A DNA stretch of 62,646 nt, the filler included, from Chiloscyllium plagiosum (taxonomy: Eukaryota): assembly GCF_004010195.1 (NCBI RefSeq). It is 5 parts of one record of this genome, joined end to end, with 100 filler letters (N's around TTAATTAATTAA, not from the genome) between each part and the next. Parts side by side here need not be neighbours in the genome. Positions count along the whole stretch, not along the records: positions 11,656 to 24,473 come from NC_057710.1; positions 24,574 to 32,319 come from NC_057710.1; 3 more parts are not named here. One strand, given 5' to 3'. The notes beneath the pieces are model-generated. The model did no database searches. It was not told the DNA's origin and was given only the letters and a program-made list of their open reading frames with translations. The translations under genes were made by a program, and so were the position numbers. Shown in pieces: positions 11,785 to 25,132 of the stretch. Positions within the stretch are counted from its first letter, which is position 1; each line of letters begins with the position of its first letter.

Positions 11785-14700
11785 ATTGGGAGCAAGATAC
11801 TGACTTGGAATGAAAATTGGCTGGCTGACAGGAATCAAAGAGTAGTGATAAACAGATCCCTTTTGGAATGGCAGGCAGTGACCAGTTGGTGCTCGGACTG
11901 CAGCTGCTTACAATATACATTAATGATATAGATGAAGGTATTAAAAGTAATATTAGCAAATTTACTGATGACACAAAACTGGGTGGCAGGGTGAAATATG
12001 AGGAGGATGTTCTGAGAATACAGGGTGACTTGGACAGGCTAGGTGAGTGGACGGATGCATGGCAGATGCAGTTTAATGTGGATAAATGTGTGGTTACCCA
12101 CTTTGGAGGCAAGAACAGTAAGGCAGATTACTATCTAAATGGAGTCAAGTTAGGTAAAGGGAAAGTACAACGAGATCTAGGTGTTCTTGTACATCAGTCA
12201 ATGAAAGCAAGCATGTAGGTTCAGCAGGCAGTGAAGAAAGTTAATGGCATGCTGGCCTCATAACAAGAGGAATTGAGTTTAGGAGCAAATAAGTCCTTCT
12301 GCAGCTGTGCAGAGCCCTGGTGAGGCTGCATCTGGAATATTGTGTGCAGTATTGGTCTCCAAATTTGAGGAAAGACATTCTAACTATTGAGGGAGTGCAG
12401 CGTAGGTTCATGAGGTCAATTCCCGGAATGGCAGGACTATTATATGTTGAAAGATTGGAGTGATTGGGCTTGTATACACTTGAGTTTAGAAGGATGAGAG
12501 AGGATCTGATTGGGACATATAAGTTTATTCAAGGATTTGACAATCTGGAGGCAGGAAGCATGCTTCCGCTGATGAGTGAGTCCAGAACCAGAGGACACAG
12601 ATTAAAAATAAGGGGTAGGCCATTTAGAACAGAGTTGAGGAGAAACTTCTTCACTCAGAGAGTGGTGGATATATGCCCCAGAAGGCAGTGGAGGCCAAGT
12701 CTCTGGATACTTTCAGAAAAGTGATGGATAGAGCTCTGAAAGATAGTGGAATCAAGGCTTATGGGGATAAGGCAGGTACAGGATACTGATTGTGGATGAT
12801 CAGCCATGATCATAATGAATGGTGGTGCTGGCACGAAGGGCCGAATGGCCTACTCCGACACCTAGTGTCTATTGAAAAAGTCATTTGATATGCTTTCCTT
12901 TATTGGTCAGAGTAATGAGTACAGGAGTTGGGAGCTCATGTTGCGGCTGTACAGGACATTGGTTAGGCCACTGTTGGAATATTGCGTGCAATTCTGGTCT
13001 CCTTCCTATCTCAAAGATGTTGTGAAACTTGAAAGGGTTCAGAAAAGATTTACAAAGATGTTGCCAGGGTTGGAGGATTTGAGCTATAGGGAGAGGTTGA
13101 ATAGGCTGGGACTGTTTTCCCTGGAGCATCGGAGGCTGATGGGTGACCTTTTAGAGGTTTATAAAATCATGAGGGGCATGGATAGGATAAATAGACAAAA
13201 GTCTTTTCACTGGGGTGGGGGAGTCCAGGAATAGAGGGCATAGGTTTAGAGTGAGAGGGGAAAGATATGAGACCTAAGAGGGTGGTGCGTGTATGGAATG
13301 AGCTGCCAGAGGAAGTGGTGGAGGCTGGTACAATTGCAACATTTAAAAGGTATCTGGACGAGTGTGTGAATAGGAAGGGTTTGGAGGGACATGGGCAGAG
13401 TGCTGACAGGTGGGACTAGATTAGGTTGGAATATCTAGTCGGCATGGACAAGTTGGACCAAAGGGTCTGTTACCATGCTGTACAGCTCTATGATTCTACG
13501 ACTCTAATTACTTAATGAGAAAAGGAAAAGAAAATACAACACATACCCACAAATTAGGAATAGGAAGTAAGTCCAAAAAGGATAAAGGTTTAAAGATGTA
13601 AGAATTAGTCTCTCGTGTTCATGAACAATAGATAATGGAACATCTATAGTTGAAGTCAATTTTGTGATAGTTGTGAATGCCGGATAATAGTGTAAAGACC
13701 GCCGCACCATTTTCATTTTGATATATCTGATTCGGAACTGAAATGCAAAAAGGACTGTTTTAAAAACCAAGGATTGTGAAACAAGTTTCTGGAACTCTGT
13801 GTGCTGTTCATACTGTTACTTTGTTCAAGCAATCCAGGCAGCTGTTAGTTGAAAGACTGTCAGCAATGGGTGTGCGCAGAATGAGATTCGACCAGAAATC
13901 GAATAGCTGATTGGTTTGTGCAATTGTGAATCGTCATGGATGCTAAAGGTCATCAGCATGACAGTAACTCTTTGGTTTGTTCCTAAGTAGTTGAACAGCT
14001 TGTGGTTACGAATGTTAAAGTGGGAGGACTTCAGACAGCTGGGAGGGGAGGTTGTGTGTCTCCCTCTCAACAATGAAGCTTGAAAAAAGTCACTTATTTC
14101 CTCCCATCAGTTGCTTTGAGTTGTTTCCTTTAACTAGTAACAGGGAGATGTTGTAGCTAGTTGGCCAATTGCTTGTGCCTTCTGCAAAGAAATGAAGGAA
14201 CCTGGACAAAGGGAATTGAAGAACAGGAAGTCCTAGCAAGTGAACTAGTGCTTTCAAACTGTGGTTCCAAGTTTTGTTCCCTCTGCCCATTAAAATCATT
14301 TTTTTAATATTTGTCTGTATCTGTCTGCATGTCTGGGGGCGTTTTAAAAGTGGTTAAAATTTTAACCAGTTGAGCCATGTATTGGTAGTTCACAGCTTTT
14401 TACTTGTGATTAGAATTTATTTACATCCAATAAACAGTAGTTCTTGTCAAGTACAGGAACCTGGCCCCTGTTATCTGCTCCCTTGAATTCAACAGATAAG
14501 CAAATTGAGGATTTTGCATGCTTTGACTAGATCATTAGCTTTTATGGCAACCTCTAGAGTTGTAAAGCCTGAGAATCAATGCACTTTCTCAAGCGTATTA
14601 TAATAGCTGGAATCCTTTTTTCTTGTTTCCTTTTCACAGGCTTGTTAGCTAGCTGGTTTCCAGCACTTGGAGAAAAAAGGCATCCTTTTACCTACAATAC

Positions 14701-15492
14701 AGGGATATTCACAGTGTTCATGTGAAAATCCAGGCCAAAATACCTTCTTCAACCGTTATGCCTTCTTTCATTAGCACACAAAGAATGAGGGTTGCAGTCA
14801 GTTTTTAATCCCTTTTTGTATTTACCTGGAAGAGCAAAACAGAAAAAAAATCTGCAAAGGGTAGCTTTTGGTTGAAAGGGGGAAAATAGTCAACTGCCAT
14901 ATTATTTCTTCCTGTTATATTTATTACTATTTGAGTTGACAAGTCATCCATTTTGTTACAAACACTGTGCACATTCAGATTTGGAGCCTTTACTTCAGTC
15001 TTTTTATCATTTTTTGCAAACTCTAGCACAATAGAGACAGTTTACCTGCCTTCAAGACCAAATTATGACCCTAGCTGAGATGTACAAGCTTACTTTAATT
15101 CTGAGGAGTTGTCCATCTCCAGGTCCACTACAATCACAGTAATGGCCACCAACACCAGAGGCACCGTGAGAACTGAAGAACCCTTTCTTTGGCCAGCAGC
15201 TCATGGAGATACGTCATCTCTTAAAGGAGCTGAACTTCTTTATGTGTTAACCCCAAACTGTTCATTGTGTGAGGATTTAAAAATGCAACCATTGACTTCA
15301 TGACTGTAAAATGGTGTTGAAGATGACTTTCTGGCCAATGTGCTCCTTAAAATCCCAGTAAATGTTGCTATTTTATAGTCAAGATGCTACAACACACCAT
15401 CAAAGGTAAACTGGAGGTCATGTCTCAGCATTGACAGCTGAATTTTTCTGACCAATATGGAAGTTCCTCAACCATATACCCGTATTTCATAG

Positions 15493-15794
15493 GATTACTT
15501 ACAGTGTGGAAACAGGCCCTTCAGCCCAACAAGTCCACACTGACCTGCCAAAGTGCAACTCACTCAGACCCATTCCCCTATACTTACCCATTCACTTTAC
15601 ACTACGGGTAATTTGGCATGGCCAATTCACCTAACCTGCACATTTTTGGACAGTGGCAGGAAACCGGAGCAAACCCACGCAGACAGGGGGAGAATGTGCA
15701 AACTCCACACAGACAGTCGCCTGAGGTGGGATTTGAACCCAAGTCTCTGGCGCTGTGAGGCAGCAGTGCTAACCACTGTGCCATCATGCCGCCC
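15493..15794 (-). mobile_element. HE1-like SINE
   Basis: GGGCGGCATGATGGCACAGTGGTTAGC head, GGTTCAAATCC B box; same body as the other copies. Confidence 0.85.
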
Positions 15795-16556
15795 ATTAGG
15801 GATGATTCATTTTTATGGAATTTATATAAATCTAAAATTTGTGGCTGGGAAGTTTCTACTTGGGGTTGCTCTTCCTCAGTTGCTGAAACAGCAAGACTCA
15901 CTAGCCTACTTTTTCAAAGAATCTGCAAATTGACAACTTTTTTTTATTTTCTTAAAGCCAACAGAGGAGAATTTTTTTCTCTTTATCCATTCAAGGTATG
16001 CATGTTTACAAGAGAAAAGAAGTTGGAATAGACCACACAGAATGTTTGTGGTGCAGAAGGAAACATTTGACCCATCATGTCTGCACCAGCTCTCTGAATG
16101 TCAACCTTTTCTCAACCTTGCTCCACTGTTCAGGACAACCACAGCTTGAACTCCACATTTTCGCCCAGTCCATTTATCTCTTGATTTCCAAAGGGAGCAG
16201 AAATTTTTACCAGCTTTAAATGTTTTCAATGATGAATCATCCATTTTCCTCTGAGGTAAAGAATTCCAAAGATTTATAACCCTCAAAGCGATTTCTCCTA
16301 ATCTCAGTCCTAAATAATTACCATTTATCTTGAGACCATGCCTGTATTCTAGATTCCCCACCCTGGGAAAGCAAAGTTTCAGTCAGTAGAATGTCACATT
16401 CCTTTAGAATCTTGTAGATCACCTTCTAAAGATTCGTCAAAAGCCCAGAGAGTATAGGCCCCATTTTACTCAGCTGTTCATCATAGGACAGCTCTCTTAT
16501 CCTACGGATCAAACAAATGAACTTTCATCTTCAATGCAAATATATTATAAAATTAT

Positions 16557-16718
16557 GAGGAGAAAGTGAGGTCTGCAGATGCTGGAGATCAGAGCTGGAA
16601 ATGTGTTGCTGGAAAAGCGCAGCAGGTCAGGCAGCATCCAGGGAACAGGAGAATCGACGTCTCCTGTTCCCTGGATGCTGCCTGACCTGCTGCGCTTTTC
16701 CAGCAACACATTTCCAGC
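16557..16718 (-). mobile_element. Penelope-like mini-insertion: pLTR end plus inverted copy (60-bp perfect hairpin)
   Basis: Arms 16593-16652 and 16660-16719; 14-bp TSD TATTATAAAATTAT at 16543-16556 and 16719-16732. Confidence 0.85.
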
Positions 16719-17124
16719 TATTATAAAATTATACCCTGTATTCCGAGTATGGTCTCACCAAAACCCTGTGTGATTCTCACAAGACTCCTTTATTTCTGTA
16801 CTTCAATCCCTTGCAAAAAGGCTAACATGTCATTTGCCTTTCCAATTACTTGCTGAACCTACATCTTAGCCTTCTGTCTTCCTTGTATTAACACACCAAA
16901 GTTTCTGTCACCTTCAGCATTTACAAATTCCATACCTTTCCAAAATATTCTGCTTTCTACTCTCACGATGAAGAGAATAATTTTATTCTTCCCGATATTC
17001 TATTCCATCTGCCGTCTTGTTCCCCTCCCCCCACTTTATAGTGGAAATAGCTGTTTTCAGCTTTACTATAAACTCCTCACAGTTTTCATTCCCGCCTACC
17101 TCTGTATCAGCAGCAAAATTAGAT

Positions 17125-17707
17125 ACGAGAGTGTGGTGCTGGAAAAGCACAGCAGATCAGACAGCATCCGCACATCAGGAGAATTGATGTTTTCTGATCT
17201 CTTGGACACCTGTACCAACCAACCCTGCCACTCCATAGCCAAACATTTCAACTCCCCCTCCCACTCGGCCAAGAACATGCAGGTCCTGGGCCTCCTCCAT
17301 CTCCAAACCCTAACCACCTGATATCTGGAGGACCATCTGCCTAGGGAGCATCAAACCAAACGGGATTAATGTGGATTTCACTAGTTTCCTCATTTCCCCT
17401 CCTTCTCCCAGATCCAACCTTCTAATTCAGCACTGCTCACATGACCTGTCCTACCTGTCCATCTTTCTTCCCACATATCCACTCCACCCTCCTCTCTGAC
17501 CTATCACCATTACCCCTACCTTCATCTACCTATTGCATTGTCAGCTACCTTCCCCCAGCCTCACTTCACTCACATTTATCTCTCCACTCCCTTGGCTCAC
17601 AACTTCATTCTTGATGAAGGGCTTTTACCCAAAGCGTCGATTCCCTTGCTCCTCAGATGCTGCCTGACTTGCTGTGCTTTTCCAGCATCTGCAGTCCTCA
17701 CTTTCTC
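17125..17707 (+). mobile_element. Older Penelope-like 3' fragment with 5' inverted pLTR
   Basis: HSIAKHFNSPSHSAKNMQVLGLLH (GIY-YIG C-terminal region), GINVDF-like end, degenerate hammerhead TTGATGAAGGGCTTTTACCCAAAGCGTC, inverted pLTR piece at about 17127-17192. Confidence 0.75.
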
Positions 17708-20700
17708 ATTGCTCTTAGCCTCTTCGTCTAAATCAGTAATATAGATTGTGAATAGTTTATCTGCTGCCATTCATTTTTCCTCTCTCCGCTGGTCACAGTC
17801 TGCCAGTCTAAAAATGCCCCTTCTCTTCTGCTTTCTGTCTATTAACCAATCCTCTCCCCATGCGCATATCACATCCCTAACTCCAGGAACCCTTATCTTC
17901 TGGATTAACTTTCCATGGCATATTAACCAATGTCTTTTGAAAATTCAGCTATGCTTTATCTATTTCTTCCCTTCATCTACTCAACCATTTCCATCCTCAA
18001 AAAACTTGAATAATTTTGGCGAACAGATTTCCTTTTTGTTGACATATTAATCGTACTATGTTTTGTAAGCGCATTGTTTAGACTTCATTAATATTATTGC
18101 TCAAATTAAGAAGCACGCTATTGAAACTTTTTATTTTGCATTCATCAGGATAGAATAGAAAAAACAAGTTGCAAAGGGAACAACAATTCATACTACATGA
18201 AACCTTCAACAGCATGACACATCTTTCCATAACCCTCAAGGTTTACACCACTTAGGAATAGATTCCTGCATTTTCTTAATTATTAAAAGTGAGCTGCACT
18301 GTCGTTCATTGTCTGTCCTTTCTTTCTTGAATAGTTATGTTACATTTGTGAATTCTATTCTGCTGGGACTATTCCAGAATATAAGGAATTTTGGAAAATT
18401 GTAGGTAGTATCTTTATTATCCCCACAACTATCTTTTGTAGGTAGTTGGCCTACAGGACTTTGGGATTTGTTGGATTTTAATTCCCTGAATTTCTCCTGT
18501 ACATTTTCTCCATTATTCTTATTTACTTTAATTTCTTAAAGGGAGTACATAAAGCTCACCAGGCCTCATCTATCAGAACCTCCAAGCAACAGTTTTTCTG
18601 CATTTGGCAGAGTCAGCAGAACAAACAGCCATCTCAGAACTTAATGAATTGAAGAGGAAACAATGCCCAGGATTTGCTAAAGAAGAAGGTTGCTGTGAAT
18701 AAAGCAAGTTTACATAATTTTTAACACAGAGGAATGTGCCCCACCCTCTATATATAATCTATATTTTATTTGACAATTGTGAAATCTTTTCAGTCAGCGC
18801 CTGTGAAAGCCTCAGTTATGGTGAAACAAATTATCAGCAGGCAGCGCTGGTTCTCTGTTGGATCCTTCGTTTTCTCTCCCTCCCAACTTTTTGTCCAGCA
18901 ACAAAGAACAATTGCTGCACTTTATTGAGGCTTGTGAACACACCTGCATGCCTAGGGCCAGGTAGTATTTGTTATAGTTGGACATCAGGCCTGTTTGCAG
19001 CCTCAGGGTGTGGTTGCTAAACATTCCTTTTTTATACTAAACTATCACGTTCCCGCACAGCCACTCAGTGCACTATGTGAAGGATTAAATGTCTGAAGGA
19101 AAAGTTTAAGTTTCCAAAAAAGGGCAAGTCTGCAGGGCATCTGAAATAGTCTTCACTTCCAATCACTATTTTCACTAGCATGATGGCACTGCCTCAGTAA
19201 CAATCATAAATCTCCTCCAAATATTCTTCCCCTTGTTTTATTGAGGACCATTAAAAGATATTTAACAGTAGTTCTCCAGGAAACCCTCACTCAGTTTTAC
19301 TTCAGTGTCTGATTTCAGTGCTGGTAGGGCATTCACCTTCTCATAGACACCGAGGAACGAACCCAAGATATATTGACTGAAATTGTCATTGACAAAAAGA
19401 ATATGTTGTGCTTAGGTGAAATCTATCCCTATGTCTGAGTGGTAGTCTTTATTCCTCAAGTTGATTTTTCTTTTGTAGTTTCTGTACTGGAGTTTTGAAC
19501 ATGGTCCATGCATATGCTCTCCCCACCCCTGACTTTCCCCTCCCCCATTCCCCCACCACTATACAGCCCTGCAATCTCTTTATGATTAATGGAATAAAAG
19601 TGCAAGTTTCTGACCATTTGAAAAATAGAAACAAAGGCAACATAGTTTTAACCTCATTTGATAAACAAATTAAATGCCAGGAAGTGGTGGTTTACCAAAA
19701 TCCAGTTATTGGTGCACTGTTTTTTTTCCTATAAGCTGATGATCATTTGGGGACTTTGTGGCATGGAACATGGGCTGTATTTTCTACTTACTATGACAGA
19801 TATGCCATGTCATTCTGCATGCTTTTCCAAAAAAGTATATTTGGTTTATCTTGAAGTCTTGCAAAATACTGAAAAGGAGCTCTTTGTTTTGCACTACCTG
19901 ACTGCGCCACTTGACTTCCTATTGACACGGTTATGCCTCACATTAGGTCAGATTGTGAGAAAGAGGATGAAAGTTTTGCTGAGTGTGGATGTAAAGCAAG
20001 AATGTGGGGCCAGCCACCATTATGCACCCGGCCTTCAAGATTAATTGAAGTGTGAAGGACATTGTACAATGGACAGCTGTTTAATGGCCCCTGAAGATGA
20101 AAGTTCTACACAGACAGCAAAATAGGAGAGAAATTTAGAGGTGGGGAGACAGCGTGCACAGGATATGAGGGGTGTGAGTCAGACAAATTTGTGATATTTT
20201 AGTGAGAGAAAAAGTGAGAGGTAATGTTAAAATAGAAAAAGGACCATATTAGCCAGATACTTTAAGTGCCTAAAAGGAATGTACAAACAATTCTATGCCC
20301 AATCCACATTCCATCTCATGTGAAAGGTCATGCACATGCAATATGAACAAGTTGAGGAATCATATCAGATGAGAACAATGATATCACAGCCATGTGAGAC
20401 AAAGGAGGTCATTGCTTTAAAATCTACTGACTCGCAACCTTGAAAACAAGGTGTAGGATAGTCCCTTCCCTGGAGGTGATGAGAGAGTCAGCAGAAGAAG
20501 AAATAATTGGACAAGTTGGTCCTGGAGAGAAACACATCTCCTTCTTGCTACCTCTGCCATTAACTGTGTGTTGAGAAAGTCCATGTGTGCCTATCTTGAC
20601 TTGGCAGAAATTAAGGCACTTAAGTGATCAATGACTGGCCATTTAAGAGCCTCAACCTACCATTTTCCTGATTACCTGCCTCCTGTGAGGTGAGAAAGGT

Positions 20701-20888
20701 GTCTGTTTGGTGACCTATCTGCCACGTTTGGAAGGGGTGTCTTCCTGTTGCCCTTCTTCCAAGCTACAGGAAGTGTGGATGATGGGATAGCCTATGAAAT
20801 TTACACCTATGCCCTTACCTCCAAACCAAGTTGCCTGCCATTTCAACACACCACCATGTTCTCTGACCAACATCTCAGTATTGGACTT

Positions 20889-21407
20889 GCTGCCAGCCTC
20901 AGATTGACCAGCAGTTGTTGGCAGGCAAAAACTTCACCCTGGAGTCCTTGATCATGGAGAAGCTTCCACCATTGGCCTGTCAAGTGCCTGATGGAACAAG
21001 ATATGATGATCCTTCCCTAAAAGAGGAAGCGCAGGATTCTTCCTGGCTCTCCCGATAGTGACCATGACTCCAACACGCACACAAGATTCCAGCCTTCATT
21101 TGTAGACATGATGGGGAGGTGCCGGTTTTGGACTGGGGTGGACTCCCTGAAAGACTTAACAGCAATCTAGGTTTGTTCAATATATCATTTCAGTTGCATG
21201 ATGGTGTGGTCTTTTGCTATAAATACTGTGTCTTATGATCCTGCTCCACAGCTACTCGATGAAGGAGGAGCGCATGAAAACAAATACTTGTTGAACTATA
21301 ACCTGGTGTTGTGTGATTTTTACATTTGTAGAGACTGTTAAGATCTTTGTCACATGATAGTAACCTCCCATGTTGTTGCCTGTAAGTACACAACTTATAC
21401 CACAACC
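20889..21407. repeat. Left arm of ~0.5-kb inverted duplication
   Basis: Reverse complement of 23290-23792; near-identical peptides in ORFs 20980..21180(-) and 23510..23701(+). Confidence 0.92.
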
Positions 21408-23289
21408 TGCTAACCACTGAGCCACCGTGCCGCCTGTAATAGTGTCAGAGAGTGTCAGTCAAGGGTAGTTGGGAGTCATGGGCTGTGTGGCTTCATGCCT
21501 TCTGGTTGCTGGTGAAGGGCAATGCCATCTTGAAAATGCTTGTCCATATGCATGGCAGCCTTTCAAAGATGTCACAGATATGCAAGGGATGCCAGTCTTT
21601 CCATGAATTACTGCCAAGCGATGAGTTGTTCTCGGAAAGTTGGGATTGGAATTGGATATATGGGAAGGCATAGAGGTGGGGTAGTTATTGAGTGAGGCGG
21701 GTTTGGTTAGATATTAAGAGAGACCTCACTAGGCTTCACAGCTTGAAACCCTCCAAAAAGCTCATTGCAACTTCAGTTCAGCCAAAGAAAAGTCAGATTC
21801 AGCCGCTATAAATCAAAAATACAATAAAAAGTAGCCAGGGTGAATTTCAAAGAAAAGGTCACACCTAGCCAACTTTGTGTAACAGTAACCGCAACTGCAA
21901 ACAAGTGGAATACAAGAGTACAGTAGAGATGAGACCATGGGCCTATGGAAGCAATAGCTAAGGAGTAGAATGAGTTACAAACTGGCTCCAGGAAACAGAA
22001 AATTGGGGTTGCCAATTTGCCAACAGTCGAGTTTGGATGTTCCACAAGGATTGGTGCCAGAGCCACTGTACTTTATTTATATGAACAATTTGAATTCAGT
22101 TATCTCAAGTACACTTTCAAGCTTTGTAGATGACAGAAAATTGGAGGAAATTAATGGTACTAAGTCACAAATAAACTTGCAAATGTGTGTATAATTGGCA
22201 ATGAATATTCATACGGGTAAGATAGTGCATTTTCTTTGGAAAGATAATGGGGTCACATATTCTTTGGAGATTACATTTTGCAAACCAACAAAGTATTGCA
22301 GGGATAAAGGTACAGAAATAACTAAAAATTGCAATGTAGGCTAACCAGTGAGACTATTAAACAAGATGCAAAGCAATCAAGTTCATTTTTGGAGGCATGT
22401 AATAAGAATGTAGTAAGAGAGGAGATTGTTAAACCTGCACAGAACCTAAACCACACTGGAATATTGTACTGTAGGGTATAGATACTATCAAGGATGCAAG
22501 AAAAAATATATGTGTCTTATAGTAGAGAAGCCATACTCGCAAGTGAGGGTGAAGGTAGGGTTTGAACAAATCTGGAGGCCATAAGTGTAAGATTATATAT
22601 GATGCAAATATGAAATAGAATATAGTATAGAACATGGGAAGTTGGGGAGAGGGGCATTGGAAAGGGTTAGGGCCTAAGGATTAATTTACAGGATCATAGG
22701 GATATAGTTGGATGTGCGAGGTTTGTTGGAAAGCTGAAAGGGATAAGGCGCTAAATAACCTTCTTCTTTTCAGTGGAGATTCATAATAAATCCAATATGG
22801 AATTTAGCAGAATCGTCCCTTTATGGAGACTGGTTGCAATGTAGAACTCACTACCTTATAAATTAGTTCAGGGTTAAAGCTTAAATTCTTAAAGGGGAAA
22901 TACTAGATAAACACATGGGAGAATCCAATAGGAAATTTGAAAGGATTAAGAGAAGAAAGGTGAGAGGAGGTGAATGGGAACCATAAACACCAGCAATTGT
23001 CAAAAGGCCTGTTTCTGTTCTGTATCTCCTCTTGGTTTGATAGATCTGTATTTAGCTTTAGGTTGCCATTAGATATAATGCTTCTGATAAGAAAGTTGCA
23101 CAACTGCCATAAAAAACAGTCAATCTTGTACATCTTCGATGCTTGAAGGGTTTTAGGTAACAGCTCCAATTTCAACAACACAGTGATTCTAGTTCTGCAA
23201 GTTTCTTATCAGAAGTCTATTTCCCATAGAAACCTAACTCCTAAAAAAGTCTTTAGGAATGGAAGCTGTGCAAGATCACCTATTTGAAT

Positions 23290-23792
23290 GGTTGTGGTAT
23301 GAATTGTATAGTTACAGGCAACAACATGGGAGGTTACTATCATGTGACAAAGATCTTAACAGTCTCTACAAATGTAAAAAACACACAACACCGGGTTATA
23401 GTTCAACAAGTACTTGTTTTCATGCGCTCCTCAAGTAGCTGTGGAGCAGGATCATAAGACACAGTATTTATAGCAAAAGACCACACTATCATGCAACTGA
23501 AATGATATATTGATCAAACCTAGATTGCTGTTAAGTCTTTCAGAGAGTCCACCCCAGTCCAACACTGGCACCTACCCATCATGTCTACAAATGAAGGCTG
23601 GAATCTTGTGTGCGTGTTGGAGTCATGGTCACTATCGGGAGAGCCAGGAAGAATTCTCTTTTAGCGAAGGATCATCATATCTTGTTCCATCAGGCACTTG
23701 ACAGGCCAATGGCAGAAGCATCTCCATAATCAAGGACTCCAGGGTGAAGGTTTTGTCTACCAACAACTGCTGGTCAATCTGAGGCTGGCAGC
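23290..23792. repeat. Right arm of ~0.5-kb inverted duplication
   Basis: Matches the reverse complement of 20889-21407 with scattered substitutions and two small indels. Confidence 0.92.
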
Positions 23793-24230
23793 TCAGTTGA
23801 ACCGCTGTGCCACAGGACAGCTGATAGCTACTGGCAGGATTACTCTCCCCTGGGGTCTATGCTCACTGGATGCCAGGCCAGAAGTGTGTAAGGAAGGGGG
23901 GTATACGGGGAGTCATTGAAATTGTTCACAAAGACAGCATCTGGTGTCAGTGATGGTCCCTTCCTGAAACTGAATCTCTTGATCAGGCTCTGAGTGGCTT
24001 TGAAGGAGGTACCCTCCCTGGATGCCTGCACAGATTTGTTTGTCGTGCTCCCATGTGTTTCTACTCAGTTCAAGCCCATGGCAGCTAGAATAAGGACTTT
24101 CACTGGGCATGAGCAGCTGGGTGGGAATAAGGCTGTCCTGCCTTGGATTAGTTGTTTTTATTGCAAAACTATACTTTATTCATCAAAAAATTATCTTTAT
24201 GTAAATCCACAGGTTTTAAAGCAGTTGGGA

Positions 24231-24473
24231 ACATAGAACATAGAACATTACAGCGCAGTACAGGCCCTTCGGCCCTCGATGTTGCGCCGTCCTGTCATAC
24301 TAATCTGAAGCCCATCCCAGCTACACTATTCCATGTACGTCCATATGCCTGTCCAATGACGACTTAAATGCACTTAAACTTGGCGAATCTACTACCGTTG
24401 CAGGCAAAGCATTCCATACCCTTACTACTCTCTGAGTAAAGAAACTACCTCTGACATCTGTCTTATACCTATC
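24231..24473 (-). mobile_element. CR1 LINE 3' end (runs into gap)
   Basis: (AACATAG)n tail on the + strand followed by CAGGCCCTTCGGCCC and CR1 3' sequence. Confidence 0.8.
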
Positions 24474-24573
24474 NNNNNNNNNNNNNNNNNNNNNNNNNNN
24501 NNNNNNNNNNNNNNNNNTTAATTAATTAANNNNNNNNNNNNNNNNNNNNNNNNNNNNNNNNNNNNNNNNNNNN
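24474..24573. other. Assembly gap spacer
   Basis: N44-TTAATTAATTAA-N44. Confidence 0.97.
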
Positions 24574-24836
24574 CTCAGCACCGCCTTCCTAACCTGCAAT
24601 CTTCTTCCTGACCTCTCCGCCCCCCCCCCACTCCGGCCTATCACCCTCACTTTTACTTCCCTCCACCTATCGCAATTCCAACGCCCCTCCCCCAAGTCCC
24701 TCCTCCCTACCTTTTATCTTATCCTGCTGGGCACACTTTCCTCATTCCTGAAGAAGGGCGTATGCCCAAAACATCGATTCTCCTGTTCCTTGGATGCTGC
24801 CTGACCTGCTGCGCTTTTCCAGCAACACATTTTCAG
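24574..24836 (+). mobile_element. Penelope-like pLTR (runs into gap)
   Basis: Same pLTR family as 16557, 36409 and 41938; degenerate hammerhead CTGAAGAAGGGCGTATGCCCAAAACATC. Confidence 0.8.
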
Positions 24837-25132
24837 TAAATTTGTCAGGTATGATTTCTGCTTCATGCAGCCATGCTGACTCTGCTGACATATTAATCCC
24901 TGCTATTAATCCTTTCTAATAGAATCAAACATTTTCCAAATAACAAACATTAAGCATTTGGTCTATTGTTACATTTTGACAGTTTTCCAGTCCTCTGGGA
25001 CGTTTTCAGAATCCAGTGATTCTGGAGGATTACTACTAGTGCATCCACTGACTATATAGCTACTTCCTTTTAATATCCCAGGACACATCCTATCTGGTCC
25101 AGGGGACCTGTTAGTCTTTAGTCTTCATTAGT

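Larger units (their letters stand above)
8666..12872 (+). mobile_element. Near-full-length CR1 LINE (5'UTR, ORF1 zinc finger plus SGNH esterase, ORF2 EN/RT), decayed
   Basis: ORF1 remnants CAACMMW...CGKC and VVIGDFIVRG...VGTNDIG; ORF2 LKILYMNPQSIRNK, GGGVALL, GVIYRPP, SDHN, KFTDDTKLGG. Internal deletion near 10950. Confidence 0.88.
8365..13505 (+). mobile_element. 5'-truncated CR1 LINE (8365-8665 and about 12870-13505) split by a nested CR1
   Basis: RT sequence breaks at GTAGATAGGATATT and resumes at ATTGAAAAAGTCATTTGATATG, contiguous in sister copies (e.g. near 39670). Ends in a CTCTATGATTCTACGACTCT tail. Confidence 0.85.

Noticed and set aside
13670..14605. Possible second solo LTR
   Set aside because: Has AATAAA and an LTR-like composition, but I could not define TG...CA termini or a TSD.
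20980..23701. Pair of near-identical small ORFs as a duplicated gene family
   Set aside because: A by-product of the inverted duplication; non-ATG starts, no splice signals or recognisable domain.
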